From: a virus
Taxonomy: Duplodnaviria > Caudoviricetes
Strand: one strand, 5' to 3'
DNA: 57,398 bases
Virus record (IMG/VR): IMGVR_UViG_3300010371_000008
Span: 1 to 57,398 of that record
Numbering within the stretch: position 1 is the stretch's first letter; every line of letters starts with the position of its first letter. The notes below the pieces were generated by a model. It searched no databases. It saw nothing but the letters and a program-made list of their open reading frames with translations, and had not been told where the DNA came from. Both the position numbers and the translations under genes were made by a program. Of the stretch, positions 28,784 to 39,281 are shown piece by piece.

Positions 28784-28957
28784 ATGTGCCACGACACATG
28801 CAGGGTGGAGGACTGCGACTGCACTTGTGCGGGCTGCCGCCCCTCCGAATGCGACAAGTGCCCAAGGTGTGGTGCCGAATACGACGCCACCCCAGCCGGC
28901 GGCGGCGTAACTGACTATTACGACTCCCCCAGCTACCGCAACATGGGGCAGAAATGA
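28784..28957 (+). CDS. 57-aa Cys-rich microprotein (not in the supplied ORF track)
   Basis: MCHDTCRVEDCDCTCAGCRPSECDKCPRCGAEY...; ATGA overlap with the next gene. Confidence 0.55.
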   Translation: MCHDTCRVEDCDCTCAGCRPSECDKCPRCGAEYDATPAGGGVTDYYDSPSYRNMGQK

Positions 28958-29208
28958 TCGCCATGGACACCGACACGAAACCGGGGCTCTCCGCAATCAC
29001 CGACCAAATCCGCCACCTGTACTGCATGGGACGCCACGAAAGAATAGTCGGCCAGGAACATGCATTCTGTGGGGCGATACGCAACAAGCCACATGCGGGC
29101 ATCGTCCTCATCGCACAGCTTGAGCACGAAAACTTTTGCCTCGTGTGCACCGACATCATCAAACATGGCGGCAGCCTATGCGCCGCATGCAGGAAGGGCA
29201 AGAAATGA
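28954..29208 (+). CDS. Cys/His small protein
   Basis: HLYC, AFCG, CLVC, CAAC; same pattern as 27855 and 35219. Confidence 0.6.
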   Translation: MIAMDTDTKPGLSAITDQIRHLYCMGRHERIVGQEHAFCGAIRNKPHAGIVLIAQLEHENFCLVCTDIIKHGGSLCAACRKGKK

Positions 29209-30290
29209 CCATCCAGACCCGGCAGCCCACAGGGAAACCCCCGTGGCCCATAACCCTCATCGCTGGCGGTGAGAAAGCGGGCAAGTCCTACGCCGCCGCC
29301 CTCGCCTCCGCATCAGACCTGATCGACCGCACATTCTGGATCGGTGTCGGAGAAGACGACCCCGACGAATACGGCGCCATCCCCGGCGCACGTTTCGAGA
29401 TTGTCCCCCACAACGGCACCTACCGGGAAATCTTGGGCAAAGTGCGGGAAGCCGTCACCGAACCCACCCCCAACGGCAAGCCCAACCTGGTTGTGATCGA
29501 CTCCGGGACGCGCCTGTGGGAAATGCTCTCGGACGAAGCCCAAGCACGGGCGAACGCCCGCCGCAAGGGAGCCAAGACCGACGCGGAAGCCGTCATTGGC
29601 CCCGACCTATGGAACCGCGCCACAAACCAATGGTTCGATGTCATGGACGCGTTGCGGGCACACAACGGCCCGTCCATCATCACGGCACGTCTGGACATTG
29701 TGACCGTCATGGACGCGTCCGGGAAGCCCACGAAGGAAAAGACCTCAAAGGTCAAGGCGCAAAAGTCGCTGCCCTATGACGTGGGTGTGGTCATTGAGAT
29801 CCCCGAACGCGGGCAAACCTACATCACCGGTGTCCGGTCCCTGAAATATGACGTACAGGTGGGTGACAAGAAGCCGCTTCCAGACTTCACCATGGACAAC
29901 CTGTGGCGCATGCTGGGCGTGGACGTGGACGGTGCCACCGCCCCGCGGCAATACTCGGGCGCTGACGGGCGCACCTCGGCCACCATGGCCGACACGGCAC
30001 CAACGGACGCGGACGCCGCAGCGGCAGCCGTCAACCGCTACCGGAACACGCGGACACCACATCCCGAACCGGCACCCGAATCCCAAACACCGCCCGTCCA
30101 GACACAACCTGACTGGCCCGCCCTGTTCGCCGCAGCCTCCGGGAACCGGGACAAGCTCATGGCGCTACGCAACCAAGGACACCGGGCCGGCATCCCCAAC
30201 ACATACGGCATGTTCGCCGCCATTGACGCCGAACTCGCACGTCTCGCATCGGAAACCCCAGTCGAAGGAACGTTGGTCACAGCATCATGA
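29205..30290 (+). CDS. AAA-family ATPase, Sak4-like recombinase
   Basis: Walker A GGEKAGKS, Walker B LVVIDS; upstream of SSB. Confidence 0.75.
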   Translation: MTIQTRQPTGKPPWPITLIAGGEKAGKSYAAALASASDLIDRTFWIGVGEDDPDEYGAIPGARFEIVPHNGTYREILGKVREAVTEPTPNGKPNLVVIDSGTRLWEMLSDEAQARANARRKGAKTDAEAVIGPDLWNRATNQWFDVMDALRAHNGPSIITARLDIVTVMDASGKPTKEKTSKVKAQKSLPYDVGVVIEIPERGQTYITGVRSLKYDVQVGDKKPLPDFTMDNLWRMLGVDVDGATAPRQYSGADGRTSATMADTAPTDADAAAAAVNRYRNTRTPHPEPAPESQTPPVQTQPDWPALFAAASGNRDKLMALRNQGHRAGIPNTYGMFAAIDAELARLASETPVEGTLVTAS

Positions 30291-30868
30291 CACTCAAAGA
30301 AGAACTGTTGAAAACCGCCCTCATGGGCGCCATGACGTTCGTAGTCAAGGACATCAACGACGCCCACCGCCACAACATCATGGACACCCTGCTAGACAGC
30401 TACCGGGACACTGGCAACAAATCCTATTCCGTGGCCCTGCCCGACGGAACCAAAGTGGCGACGATCACCCTGAACGAGCCCAAGCCCGAAACGGTGGTGT
30501 CCGACCCCGCGGCGTTCCAGGAATGGTGCAAAACACACCGACCCGACCTGCTTGAACACATCGAACATGAAGCCATGCCCGCATGGTCACAAACCATCGA
30601 GTACCCGGCCACGGAGGCATGGACGGAAACCGTCCTGAAAGGTGCCGCCGCAGCCCACATTGTGGAGGACTACAAAGTGGCTGGCGACATGTACGTGACC
30701 CCGGAAGGGGAACCCGTGGACGGGATCGAATACCACCCAGCGGATGAGCCGTCACGGTTCACCATGACGTACACGGCCAAGGATCACGGCACGTCCGTAG
30801 TCCAGGCATGGCGTGACGGCCAAATCCCCTTGGAGCTTGACAGCAACCTCCCGCGCATCGGCGCCTAA
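30287..30868 (+). CDS. Hypothetical protein of the recombination module
   Basis: ATGA coupling; [12 protein letters not shown]...P motif. Confidence 0.7.
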   Translation: MTLKEELLKTALMGAMTFVVKDINDAHRHNIMDTLLDSYRDTGNKSYSVALPDGTKVATITLNEPKPETVVSDPAAFQEWCKTHRPDLLEHIEHEAMPAWSQTIEYPATEAWTETVLKGAAAAHIVEDYKVAGDMYVTPEGEPVDGIEYHPADEPSRFTMTYTAKDHGTSVVQAWRDGQIPLELDSNLPRIGA

Positions 30869-30885
30869 CCGAAGGAACCCAAACC

Positions 30886-31449
30886 ATGTCCAATGAAACC
30901 ACCATCACCATTGTGGGCAACCTGACCGCAGACCCCGAATTGAGGTTCACCCAGTCCGGGCAGCCCGTCGCCAACTTCACCATCGCCTCAACCCCGCGCC
31001 TGTTCGACCGGAACACCAACGAGTGGAAGGACGGGGAAACCCTGTTCCTCCGTTCGTCCATCTGGAAGGAAGCCGCCGAGAACGCGGCGGAATCCCTGAC
31101 GAAGGGAATGCGCGTCATCGCGTCGGGCCGTTTGAAGTCCCGCACCTACGACACGAAAGAGGGTGAGAAGCGAACCGTTACGGAGCTGGAAATTGACGAG
31201 ATTGGCCCGTCGCTTAGGAACTCCGTCGCACGAGTGACCCGCACCGACAGAACCGGGAACCGCGGCGGCGCACCGACCACACAGGCCGGTTACGGCGGCT
31301 ACCCGCAACAGACCGCAGGTTACCCGCAACCGAACCAGCAGCAGGCAGCACCGTGGGGCGCAACCCAGCAGCCCCAAACCCCGCCAGGCCCCGGCAACAA
31401 CCAGCAGTGGAACCAGCCAGCCGGCGCCCCATGGGGACAGTCCTACTAA
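30886..31449 (+). CDS. ssb: Single-stranded DNA-binding protein
   Basis: [16 protein letters not shown]...[11 protein letters not shown]...IGPSL (actinobacterial SSB). Confidence 0.97.
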   Translation: MSNETTITIVGNLTADPELRFTQSGQPVANFTIASTPRLFDRNTNEWKDGETLFLRSSIWKEAAENAAESLTKGMRVIASGRLKSRTYDTKEGEKRTVTELEIDEIGPSLRNSVARVTRTDRTGNRGGAPTTQAGYGGYPQQTAGYPQPNQQQAAPWGATQQPQTPPGPGNNQQWNQPAGAPWGQSY

Positions 31450-31513
31450 CCCAAATCGTCCGGGGCGCCGCACCTTCCACCGGTGCCCCGGCACACCCAG
31501 AAAGAAGAACCCC

Positions 31514-31972
31514 ATGCGTCACATCGACTACCGTTTCATCGAGCTCCAAGAACCCGAGATGCCCCTGTTTGTGGACTGCCACCGGTGCGGCATCCGACTC
31601 GGCGTCGGCTCAAAAGCCGACTACTGCGCCACCTGCCGCAACGTCATGCGTCGCGGACGCCCCCACTACGATGGCATGCTCATCCCCGAATTTCAGATCA
31701 ACCTCTACACGCGCAGCAAGAACGGTTCAGGGCTCACCAACACCATCCACGCCCTACGGGAAAGCAAAGTCCTGTACTGGCACGACAACATGTATGACGA
31801 CCGGGCCGTACTCGCCTACATGCTGGACCTGTGCGGGCACCTCCCCCACACAATGGTGACCATCACCAACCCTGGCGAAACCCTCGCCCACTGGCAGGAC
31901 GACGATGATCCCGACCACATCATGCCGTGGATTGAGAAAGCCATCCACGACGCGCAAGCCCTGGCAGCCTAG
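31514..31972 (+). CDS. Hypothetical protein with N-terminal Zn finger
   Basis: CHRC...CATC. Confidence 0.6.
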   Translation: MRHIDYRFIELQEPEMPLFVDCHRCGIRLGVGSKADYCATCRNVMRRGRPHYDGMLIPEFQINLYTRSKNGSGLTNTIHALRESKVLYWHDNMYDDRAVLAYMLDLCGHLPHTMVTITNPGETLAHWQDDDDPDHIMPWIEKAIHDAQALAA

Positions 31973-31974
31973 CC

Positions 31975-32310
31975 ATGGGGCAGCTCGTCCTTGGACGGTT
32001 CAGCGTCCGTTGCAGGTGCGGGAAAATCGTCGGCCTGTCGCTGGAAGACGCCCGGATGCAGTACCGCAAATTCTCCAAAAAACATGGCAGCACCAACCCG
32101 GTCAGGTATTACCGATGCCAGTACAACTCGTGGCATTGGACCAGAAAACTGGAATGGAAAGAATCCACCACCCCGCCCTGTCCCCGCTGCGGGAAAACCA
32201 TTTACGACGACACCCACGACCCGGAAGCAGGCAGTTATTGCACGCTCGCCTGTCACGACCTCGCCAAGCAATATCACAACCAGGCCAGACGGGCGGCGTC
32301 CAGATCATGA
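31975..32310 (+). CDS. Cys-rich hypothetical protein
   Basis: CRCGK...RYYRC...WHWT...CPRC...CTLAC. Confidence 0.6.
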   Translation: MGQLVLGRFSVRCRCGKIVGLSLEDARMQYRKFSKKHGSTNPVRYYRCQYNSWHWTRKLEWKESTTPPCPRCGKTIYDDTHDPEAGSYCTLACHDLAKQYHNQARRAASRS

Positions 32311-32513
32311 AAACTGCCCTAATCATCACAGCGGGCGTCCTCGCCGTTGTCGGGCTCCGGGCCGTCATCCTCGCCTACACGTCACGGTGCACGGTCACAC
32401 CGCCCACCATCGTTTTTTCATCAGAAGATTTTCCACTCACACCGGAAGAAATGGCCGCTGCAAATGCGGAAGACGACCTAATCCTGTGGGAAAGGCAGTT
32501 CAACACCCCATGA
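32307..32513 (+). CDS. Small membrane protein
   Basis: N-terminal TM helix; ATGA overlaps at both ends. Confidence 0.55.
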   Translation: MKTALIITAGVLAVVGLRAVILAYTSRCTVTPPTIVFSSEDFPLTPEEMAAANAEDDLILWERQFNTP

Positions 32514-33535
32514 CCATCTATTACCAGGACGACATGGTGACGCTCCACCACGGGGACAGCCTCGAAATCCTGCCAACCCTTGACATGGAGGCTGCGGCGC
32601 TACTCACAGACCCACCCTATTTCAAGGTCAAGGCCGACGAGTGGGACAACCAGTGGGACAAAGCCCACGAATTCCTGTCATGGATGGGCGTGTTCCTCGA
32701 CCACGCGAAACCGCTACTTGCACCCAACGCGTCCGTGTGGGTGTTCGCCTCCCCGGTTATGACCTCATCCGTTGAACGGATCATCGGTGACCGGTTCCGT
32801 GTCTTGAACTCGATTCGGTGGGTCAAGGAATCCGGTTGGCACCAGAAGGCCGAGCTTGCGGCCATGCGTTCCTACCTTTCCCCGTGGGAAGGCATCGTTT
32901 TTGCGGAGCAGTTCGATGACGTGTATGGGGACGCGGCCAAGGCGTTGCACCGTGAAGTGTTCGCACCTATCGGCCACTACATGCAGGCCGAATGGGAGCG
33001 TGCGGGCTGGAAGTCCGGGGCGTTGGGTGTGGCGTTGGGTTATGACTCGGCACTGCCCACACGCTGGGCCGAGGGCTCATCCCTGCCAACCCGTGACGCG
33101 TACGAACGCATGCGCGGAATCCTGAACAGCACCGGTTCCGACTACCTGGCGAAGGATCACGCGTACCTGCAAACCGAATACGACTACCTGCGTCGCGAGT
33201 ATGAAGAACTGCGCAACGAATTTGAGACGCTACGCCGCCCCTTCACCATCACCGACCGGGCACACTCCACCGACGTCTGGAACTTCCCACCCGTCACATG
33301 GCACCCCGGAAAACACCCATGCGAGAAACCCCAAACCATGCTGCGGCACATGATCCAAACCAGCACCCGCCCGGGCGACACGGTTCTAGACCCGTTCGCT
33401 GGATCTGGCGCCACCCTGGACGCGGCCAGACAGCTAGGACGCCGCGCCGTCGGCATCGAAAAAGACGAGCACTGGTGCGAGGAAATCGCGCGGCGCCTGT
33501 CACAGAACGTACTCAATTTTGGAGAAGTGGCATGA
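32510..33535 (+). CDS. DNA N6-adenine/N4-cytosine methyltransferase (beta class)
   Basis: TDPPY catalytic motif; HPCEKP; VLDPFAGSG SAM motif. Confidence 0.93.
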   Translation: MTIYYQDDMVTLHHGDSLEILPTLDMEAAALLTDPPYFKVKADEWDNQWDKAHEFLSWMGVFLDHAKPLLAPNASVWVFASPVMTSSVERIIGDRFRVLNSIRWVKESGWHQKAELAAMRSYLSPWEGIVFAEQFDDVYGDAAKALHREVFAPIGHYMQAEWERAGWKSGALGVALGYDSALPTRWAEGSSLPTRDAYERMRGILNSTGSDYLAKDHAYLQTEYDYLRREYEELRNEFETLRRPFTITDRAHSTDVWNFPPVTWHPGKHPCEKPQTMLRHMIQTSTRPGDTVLDPFAGSGATLDAARQLGRRAVGIEKDEHWCEEIARRLSQNVLNFGEVA

Positions 33536-33732
33536 CCAAAAAGACTGTCCAACGGTGCGGCACGCACCACGGATATTTCGACCACAAACGCAACGGGTCC
33601 CCCGCATGCACTGTCTGCCTCGCCGCCTATGCGAAGTGGATGCGGGAATACAGACACCGCACCGGGCGCAACACCCACACACTCACCCCAGACACCATCC
33701 TGCAACGCCACGGAATCAAGGTAGAACCATGA
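33532..33732 (+). CDS. Small Zn-binding protein
   Basis: CGTHHGY...H...CTVC. Confidence 0.6.
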   Translation: MTKKTVQRCGTHHGYFDHKRNGSPACTVCLAAYAKWMREYRHRTGRNTHTLTPDTILQRHGIKVEP

Positions 33733-35222
33733 ATGCCACCAAAACAGATATCGACTGGACCGACCTGTTTTGTGGGCGCGGCGGATCTACAACCGGCATT
33801 AGCCAGGTTCCGGGAATGTCCGTGGCCGTAGCGGCAAACCATTGGCAACTCGCCGTTGACAACCACGCCGCAAACCACCAAGACACGGACCACATTTGCG
33901 CCGACATTTCCCAGCGAGACCCGAAGTATTTCCCGCACACCGTGGCAGCGTGGGGCAGTCCAGAATGCACAAATCACACCGTGGCCAAAGGCAAAAAGAG
34001 AGTCACGAACCAGCCGGACCTTTTCGGTGACACACTTCCCGACGAGGCTGCAGAACGGTCACGCGCCACCATGTGGGACGTTTGCCGGCTGTCCGAATTC
34101 CACAACTATCAGATATTCATCACCGAGAACGTGGTGGAGGCGGCCCGCTGGGTCATGTTCGATGCATGGCTTATGGCAATGACCGCACTGGGCTACAACC
34201 ACCACATCGTCTACATGAACGCGATGCACGCCCAACTCGGCGGGTTACCCGCACCACAATCCCGGGATCGCATGTACGTCGTTTTCTGGAAGAAGGGCAA
34301 CAGGGCCCCCGACTTTGACCGGCTGCGCCCCAATGCCTACTGCCCATCATGCGGGGAAGTTGTCCGCGCCATGCAGGTCTTCAAAAAGCCTGAACGGTGG
34401 GGCAAATACAAAGCACAATACAACTGGCGTTGCCCGAAACAGTCTTGCAAAAACCGGATCATCGAACCGGCATGGCTGCCCGCCTCAACCGCGATTGACT
34501 GGACCCTGCGCGGGCAGCGGATCGGAGACAGGCCACTACGCAAGTTCACGGACAAGAAGACGAACACCGAGACATGGGCGCCCCTCGCCCCCAAGACTCT
34601 CGCCCGCATCCACAACGGGCTGGAAATGTACGGGTCCACACCCATGAGCATTGATAGTGTCCGCGGGTCACAGATCATTAGCGCCGTGGACCGGGAACCG
34701 TTCGCCACCCAGACCACCGCATACACCCGTTCACTGCTGATCCCTGTAGAGGGACGCGACGGAAAGACGGCCCAGCCCGTCACGAACGCCATGCGCACCC
34801 AAACCACCCGCAACGAGACGGGGATACTCACGCCCGGGCATTCCATGCTCATGGAGTACTACGGCAACGGCACCATGCACGAACTGACCAAAGCCATCCC
34901 CACCATCACCACGCATGACCGGTTCGCCATGATTACGACCCTGCGCGGGCACAACACCCCGAAACTGGTTTCGGATGTTCTGGACACGTTCGCCGCCAAC
35001 GGACTGCATCACGGGCTCACCGAATGGGACGCCGCCGAACTCGACGATTGCGAATTCCGCATGTTGGAGCCGCACGAGATTAGCCGTGGCATGGCATTTC
35101 CCGAGAACGAAACGGAAATCGGCACCAAGCGCGAACGCGTGAAAATGTCCGGTAACGCTGTCTGCCCGCCGTGCGCCCGTGACCTGGCCATTATCACCGG
35201 GGAATCCTTGATGATGTCATGA
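33729..35222 (+). CDS. DNA cytosine-5 methyltransferase
   Basis: DLFCGRGG, SPEC, ENV, PQSRDR, RMLEPHE, GNAV motifs. Confidence 0.93.
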   Translation: MNATKTDIDWTDLFCGRGGSTTGISQVPGMSVAVAANHWQLAVDNHAANHQDTDHICADISQRDPKYFPHTVAAWGSPECTNHTVAKGKKRVTNQPDLFGDTLPDEAAERSRATMWDVCRLSEFHNYQIFITENVVEAARWVMFDAWLMAMTALGYNHHIVYMNAMHAQLGGLPAPQSRDRMYVVFWKKGNRAPDFDRLRPNAYCPSCGEVVRAMQVFKKPERWGKYKAQYNWRCPKQSCKNRIIEPAWLPASTAIDWTLRGQRIGDRPLRKFTDKKTNTETWAPLAPKTLARIHNGLEMYGSTPMSIDSVRGSQIISAVDREPFATQTTAYTRSLLIPVEGRDGKTAQPVTNAMRTQTTRNETGILTPGHSMLMEYYGNGTMHELTKAIPTITTHDRFAMITTLRGHNTPKLVSDVLDTFAANGLHHGLTEWDAAELDDCEFRMLEPHEISRGMAFPENETEIGTKRERVKMSGNAVCPPCARDLAIITGESLMMS

Positions 35223-35458
35223 GCGCCCTAGACACCAAGACGGCACCGGCCGACCAACTGGCACCCGCACAAAGAACAAAACATATCTTCCACATGAACT
35301 GCAACCGGGAGGTACACCCGAAAACCGCCTATTGCGGATTCAAGGGCGGCATCATCGGCATTACATGGATACCCGCCACAGCGAAACCGACAGACTGTTC
35401 ATTGTGCATCCTGTGCCGAGAAACAACCGGGTGCCCGCAATGCGGCTACAAACCCTAA
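35219..35458 (+). CDS. Cys/His small protein
   Basis: HIFH...AYCG...CILC...CPQC. Confidence 0.55.
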   Translation: MSALDTKTAPADQLAPAQRTKHIFHMNCNREVHPKTAYCGFKGGIIGITWIPATAKPTDCSLCILCRETTGCPQCGYKP

Positions 35459-35472
35459 GATCAGGTGAAAAA

Positions 35473-35799
35473 ATGAGAAACCATATTCTCAACGGCGAGT
35501 GTTCCGTTTACCGCGTGTTCGACTGGAACGAGCGACTGTTATACGTTGGCATGTCCCACGAACCATACAAGCGGCTAATGCAACACAAGCGGAACAATGC
35601 ACCATGGATACCGTTTGCATCGTGGATTAGCATACTCAAATATGAGCATAGGAGCGGGGCTGAATTTTTGGAGGCCAGGGCAATTATTGAGGAATCCCCG
35701 TTCTGGAACAGGCAGAGTCCTGTTCGCCCACTGGAAGGACCGGCGCCAGAACCTCTAGACGGAGTGTTTTTTATGATTCCCGAAGATTGGGCGTGGTGA
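35473..35799 (+). CDS. GIY-YIG nuclease family protein
   Basis: SVYRVF...LLYVG...R..QH...E..AI..E.P..N. Confidence 0.8.
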   Translation: MRNHILNGECSVYRVFDWNERLLYVGMSHEPYKRLMQHKRNNAPWIPFASWISILKYEHRSGAEFLEARAIIEESPFWNRQSPVRPLEGPAPEPLDGVFFMIPEDWAW

Positions 35800-35802
35800 T
35801 CG

Positions 35803-36666
35803 GTGGCACGTATCAGGTCTATCAAACCGGAAATCCGCACAAGCGAGAAAGTCAACGCGTGGCCGGTGGAGATCCGTTATTTCTGGATTATGCTCTGGGG
35901 ATACGTTGACGACTATGGCAAGGGACGCGATAACGCAAAACTAATTGTTGCGGACACGTACCCGCTGGACGATAACGTGACCCCGGCGATGGTGGAGGAA
36001 TGGTTATGTGTCCTGGCGCATGATGATGTAATCGCGCGGTATGTGGTGGACGGCAAACGGTATCTTGTGGTGCTGAACTGGGCGGAACATCAGCGCCCGT
36101 CACACCCGGCCAAGAGCGTTTTGCCAGACATGCCAGACGACTATAACGGTTCGGCAACAGAAAACTTGGTGCCTGCTCAAAAATCGAAACCAACCCCGCC
36201 GCATCCCAGTAATGGCGCGGATTACGGTAGTCCTCGCGAAGGTCTCCGGAGGATTACCGTAAATGATTCCCCTGAGCAGGGAGCAGTGAGCAGTGAGCAG
36301 GGAGCAGTGAGCGGGGGTAGCGCGGGCGCACCGCCGCGATCCAGCACCGCCGCGCGAAGCTCAACACGCATCCCGCGCGACTTCAAGGCAACGCCCCCAA
36401 TGATTGCGTGGGCGTTGGAAAACACCCCAAACGTCAACTGGCAGAACTCCACAAAAAGATTCAAATCCTACTACAACTCCGTCGCCGGTAATTCACAGCT
36501 CAAGACGGATTGGGTGGAGGCGTGGAAATCGTGGCTTTTGGGTGACCAAGAAAAAGCGGCGGCCAGACCGCAGCAGTTCAAGACGGCGGCGGAAAAGAAC
36601 TTAGAAGCCGGTGCGGCATTGCATGCGAAGTATTCGGCTCAATTGGAAATTGAAGGAACCCAGTAA
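35803..36666 (+). CDS. Phage replication initiator
   Basis: MARIRSIKPE...DDYG.G...NWAEHQ N-terminus; C-terminal TRIP.DF...DW..AW..W domain. Confidence 0.8.
   Translation: MARIRSIKPEIRTSEKVNAWPVEIRYFWIMLWGYVDDYGKGRDNAKLIVADTYPLDDNVTPAMVEEWLCVLAHDDVIARYVVDGKRYLVVLNWAEHQRPSHPAKSVLPDMPDDYNGSATENLVPAQKSKPTPPHPSNGADYGSPREGLRRITVNDSPEQGAVSSEQGAVSGGSAGAPPRSSTAARSSTRIPRDFKATPPMIAWALENTPNVNWQNSTKRFKSYYNSVAGNSQLKTDWVEAWKSWLLGDQEKAAARPQQFKTAAEKNLEAGAALHAKYSAQLEIEGTQ
36219..36312 (+). repeat. Repeats in the Rep linker (candidate origin)
   Basis: ggattac(g/c)gta at 36219 and 36251; (t/g)gagcag five times plus a partial copy at 36273-36312. Confidence 0.55.
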
Positions 36667-37100
36667 TGAACATTCTTGAAACAACGTCGTATCTGACTTG
36701 GCTTTCACAGTCGGATGGGCGGGTGAAGGTGACGGACCCGAATGTACAGATCTGGGCCGCCGCCCTGGCCGCCGCGACCAACGCCGAGGTGCGGGAAGCA
36801 ACGTTGGCACACTACCGGGGCAACGACACCTGCGTGACACCGCACATGATCCGCAAGGCGTGCGCGGAAATCCGGGAACGCACGACGGCGACACAATCAG
36901 CGTTGACCGCCGGCCCGGCGTTGACGGCGGAAGTCCCGTACGACGCGTACGTGAAGCACATCCACCGGCCCGAGTTTCAGGCCATGTTCGAGGCTGGCCG
37001 GCGCGAGGGAAACGCACACCGGGCGTACAAGCAGACGTTGCGGGAGACGGGCAGCCGTGAGCTGGCGAAGGCCGCCGGGGAACGGGCGCGGGCAGCGTGA
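36666..37100 (+). CDS. Helicase loader/inhibitor-like protein
   Basis: TAATG overlap with rep; D.R...W...L...A...HY...P..I pattern. Confidence 0.55.
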   Translation: MNILETTSYLTWLSQSDGRVKVTDPNVQIWAAALAAATNAEVREATLAHYRGNDTCVTPHMIRKACAEIRERTTATQSALTAGPALTAEVPYDAYVKHIHRPEFQAMFEAGRREGNAHRAYKQTLRETGSRELAKAAGERARAA

Positions 37101-37630
37101 CCGTTTACAAGCGTTACGGCACGAAGGCACAGCAGCGGGCCGCAACCGAGTTGCGTGACCGTGTGGCAGCAGCCGAGGTCGAGGCTGCGGAAGCGTACCG
37201 GTGGGAAATGGCGTTGTTGCAGTTGCGGTTGCAGGCTGCGGAGCAGGCCAGGACGGATGCCCGGTTGTTGCGTTTGCGGCGGCGTGTGGCGGTTGCGGAG
37301 TCTGCGGCGCGGACTGCGGAGCAGGAGGCCGAGGAAGCCGGGGCGCGTATGGCGGAGGCGGAGGCGGTGCGGGTGTGGGCGTTGCGGCGTTGGCCGGAGT
37401 CGGTGGATCTTGGGCCGAGGCGTGCGGATGCTGCGGTGGCGGATGCTGCCGCGTTTGGGCGGGCACACGCCGGGACGCCTAGAAGCCGCGCTATGACGTT
37501 GCGAGGGTCACGGATGCCTACCCATAGCCAAACCGTTACGGTAATCGATTCTGACGGCTATTCTGTGGCTGTGGGGGCACATCCTGAACGGCGCACACAA
37601 ACACTCCAAGCGGAGGAACTAGCATCATGA
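37097..37630 (+). CDS. Hypothetical coiled-coil protein
   Basis: GTGA and ATGA overlaps; Ala/Arg/Glu-rich. Confidence 0.5.
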   Translation: MTVYKRYGTKAQQRAATELRDRVAAAEVEAAEAYRWEMALLQLRLQAAEQARTDARLLRLRRRVAVAESAARTAEQEAEEAGARMAEAEAVRVWALRRWPESVDLGPRRADAAVADAAAFGRAHAGTPRSRAMTLRGSRMPTHSQTVTVIDSDGYSVAVGAHPERRTQTLQAEELAS

Positions 37631-37998
37631 CCAGGAACAGGGCATCAGCCAAAGCAGCCGGCAGCAGTTTTGAACGCAGCACGGCGGACTACCTCGCCGC
37701 CGTCTTGCACGATCCCGGAATTGACCGGCAGGTGAAGACCGGCGCTCACGACAAGGGCGACATTCGGGGCGTGACCATTCACGGGCAGCGTGTGGCTGTT
37801 GAGTGCAAAAACACGGCGAAAGTCCAGCTTTCCGTGTGGGCGTCCGAGGCCGAGGCCGAGCGTATCAACCTGGCAGCGCTGGCAGGTGTGACGGTGCACA
37901 AGCGTCACGGAAAAGGCAGGGCCGCCGATCAGTGGGTGACGCTCACGCTGCGCGACTTTGCCGCCATCCTGTCCGGCGTACGGCCCGAGGATGCCTGA
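37627..37998 (+). CDS. Holliday junction resolvase (PD-(D/E)xK)
   Basis: KAAGSSFER...DKGDI...VAVECKN. Confidence 0.85.
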   Translation: MTRNRASAKAAGSSFERSTADYLAAVLHDPGIDRQVKTGAHDKGDIRGVTIHGQRVAVECKNTAKVQLSVWASEAEAERINLAALAGVTVHKRHGKGRAADQWVTLTLRDFAAILSGVRPEDA

Positions 37999-38331
37999 AA
38001 ATTTCTTCAAAAAACCTTTGCCAACCTATACCGTTACAAGTGGGTAAGTCGTACACTTGAAGTATCAGCAAAACAGCACCACAACCCCGGCGAAGGAGTA
38101 CACCGCCAATGCCCTAACCAGCAGCCCCGTTCCGTCATTGGAACCCGCACCGGAACCAGCCGGGCACCACCTGCAAGCGGTGGGGCGGGAACACAGAAAA
38201 AGCCCTTGATCCCCCAAGGAGAACAAAATGTTTACCACCATCAAAACCCTTTGGCATCGGGTTATCGCCACCATCATTACGGCTGACCCGAACCCGGAAT
38301 ACTCGGCACTCGATCATTGGGCTGGCCTGAA

Positions 38332-38643
38332 ATGAGTACGCCCGCACCGGCCCGGTTGCCGGATCTTCCCGGCCTGGTTCGCGGAATCGTCGGCAAGAAA
38401 GAAAACCCCGACGGGCGGCGCACCCTCTACACGCTGCAATGTGAAAACTGTTTCCAGCTAGAAACGCCGGAACATTTGGTTCTCATGAAAACACATTTCC
38501 ACACGCGCGGAACCGACCGCCGCCGCCTATGCCCAGAATGCCGCATCCACCTATTCCCAGACTGCAACTGTTGGGGCTGCATCGAAGACCGGGAAGAATC
38601 CCGCCGAAACAAAAGAAAGACAGAACCCGGCCATGCTAGTTGA
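38332..38643 (+). CDS. Cys-rich hypothetical protein
   Basis: CENC, CPEC, CNCWGC. Confidence 0.5.
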   Translation: MSTPAPARLPDLPGLVRGIVGKKENPDGRRTLYTLQCENCFQLETPEHLVLMKTHFHTRGTDRRRLCPECRIHLFPDCNCWGCIEDREESRRNKRKTEPGHAS

Positions 38644-38851
38644 AATGTTCGGCGGACCGTGCGACGGAATGATGATGGAACACCACCTACCACTCCCCCG
38701 ATACGTCTTAACCCCAGAACTCCCCATCGAAACAATCAACAAAACCATTGCCGAAAACCCGGACGCAGAAATTGGGATAGCCATTTACCGGGCAGACGCA
38801 AACCACCCATCCGGGAAACCTGTCTACACATTCCAAGGAATCAGAACATGA
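38633..38851 (+). CDS. Hypothetical protein
   Basis: GGPxDG motif common in small phage proteins. Confidence 0.6.
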   Translation: MLVEMFGGPCDGMMMEHHLPLPRYVLTPELPIETINKTIAENPDAEIGIAIYRADANHPSGKPVYTFQGIRT

Positions 38852-39084
38852 GAACACCAACCATCACCGCCGGATGCATGGACTGCAACCGCCAAAGCTT
38901 CCACCCCACCACGACCGAAGCCAACACGGAACTGTTCTGGCACGGCCTCGAAAACCCCAACCACCGGCCCCTCATCGCAGACGCCGCCAATGGTTGGCAC
39001 CGGGCATGGGTTGACCTCGACCAACCCAACAACCACCCCGCACGAATCGACCGGAAAGAAGCGTCACCATGGCTTACACGCTGA
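38848..39084 (+). CDS. Hypothetical protein
   Basis: ATGA overlap; CMDC...H...H. Confidence 0.5.
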   Translation: MRTPTITAGCMDCNRQSFHPTTTEANTELFWHGLENPNHRPLIADAANGWHRAWVDLDQPNNHPARIDRKEASPWLTR

Positions 39085-39281
39085 CCATCAGCCAAAGCGA
39101 CAGCACGGCCAATGTTGTGTGGGACTTGGAAGGCAACGCCAACGATGCCATGAACGAACGTGTGGCACGACTCCGCACCCACCATATCGAGTTCGCGCGG
39201 ACGTTTGACAGCATCTATTACCAACGCCCCGTGACGGGCACGAGCGTAACACTCACATACAAGGACGAGGCCGAGTCATGA
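39069..39281 (+). CDS. Hypothetical protein
   Basis: Operon packing. Confidence 0.55.
   Translation: MAYTLTISQSDSTANVVWDLEGNANDAMNERVARLRTHHIEFARTFDSIYYQRPVTGTSVTLTYKDEAES

Noticed and set aside
31991-32509. Long N-terminal extensions in the ORF track (for example 31991, 33519, 29136, 44205)
   Set aside because: They overlap credible upstream genes; the real starts fit downstream ATGA-coupled codons.
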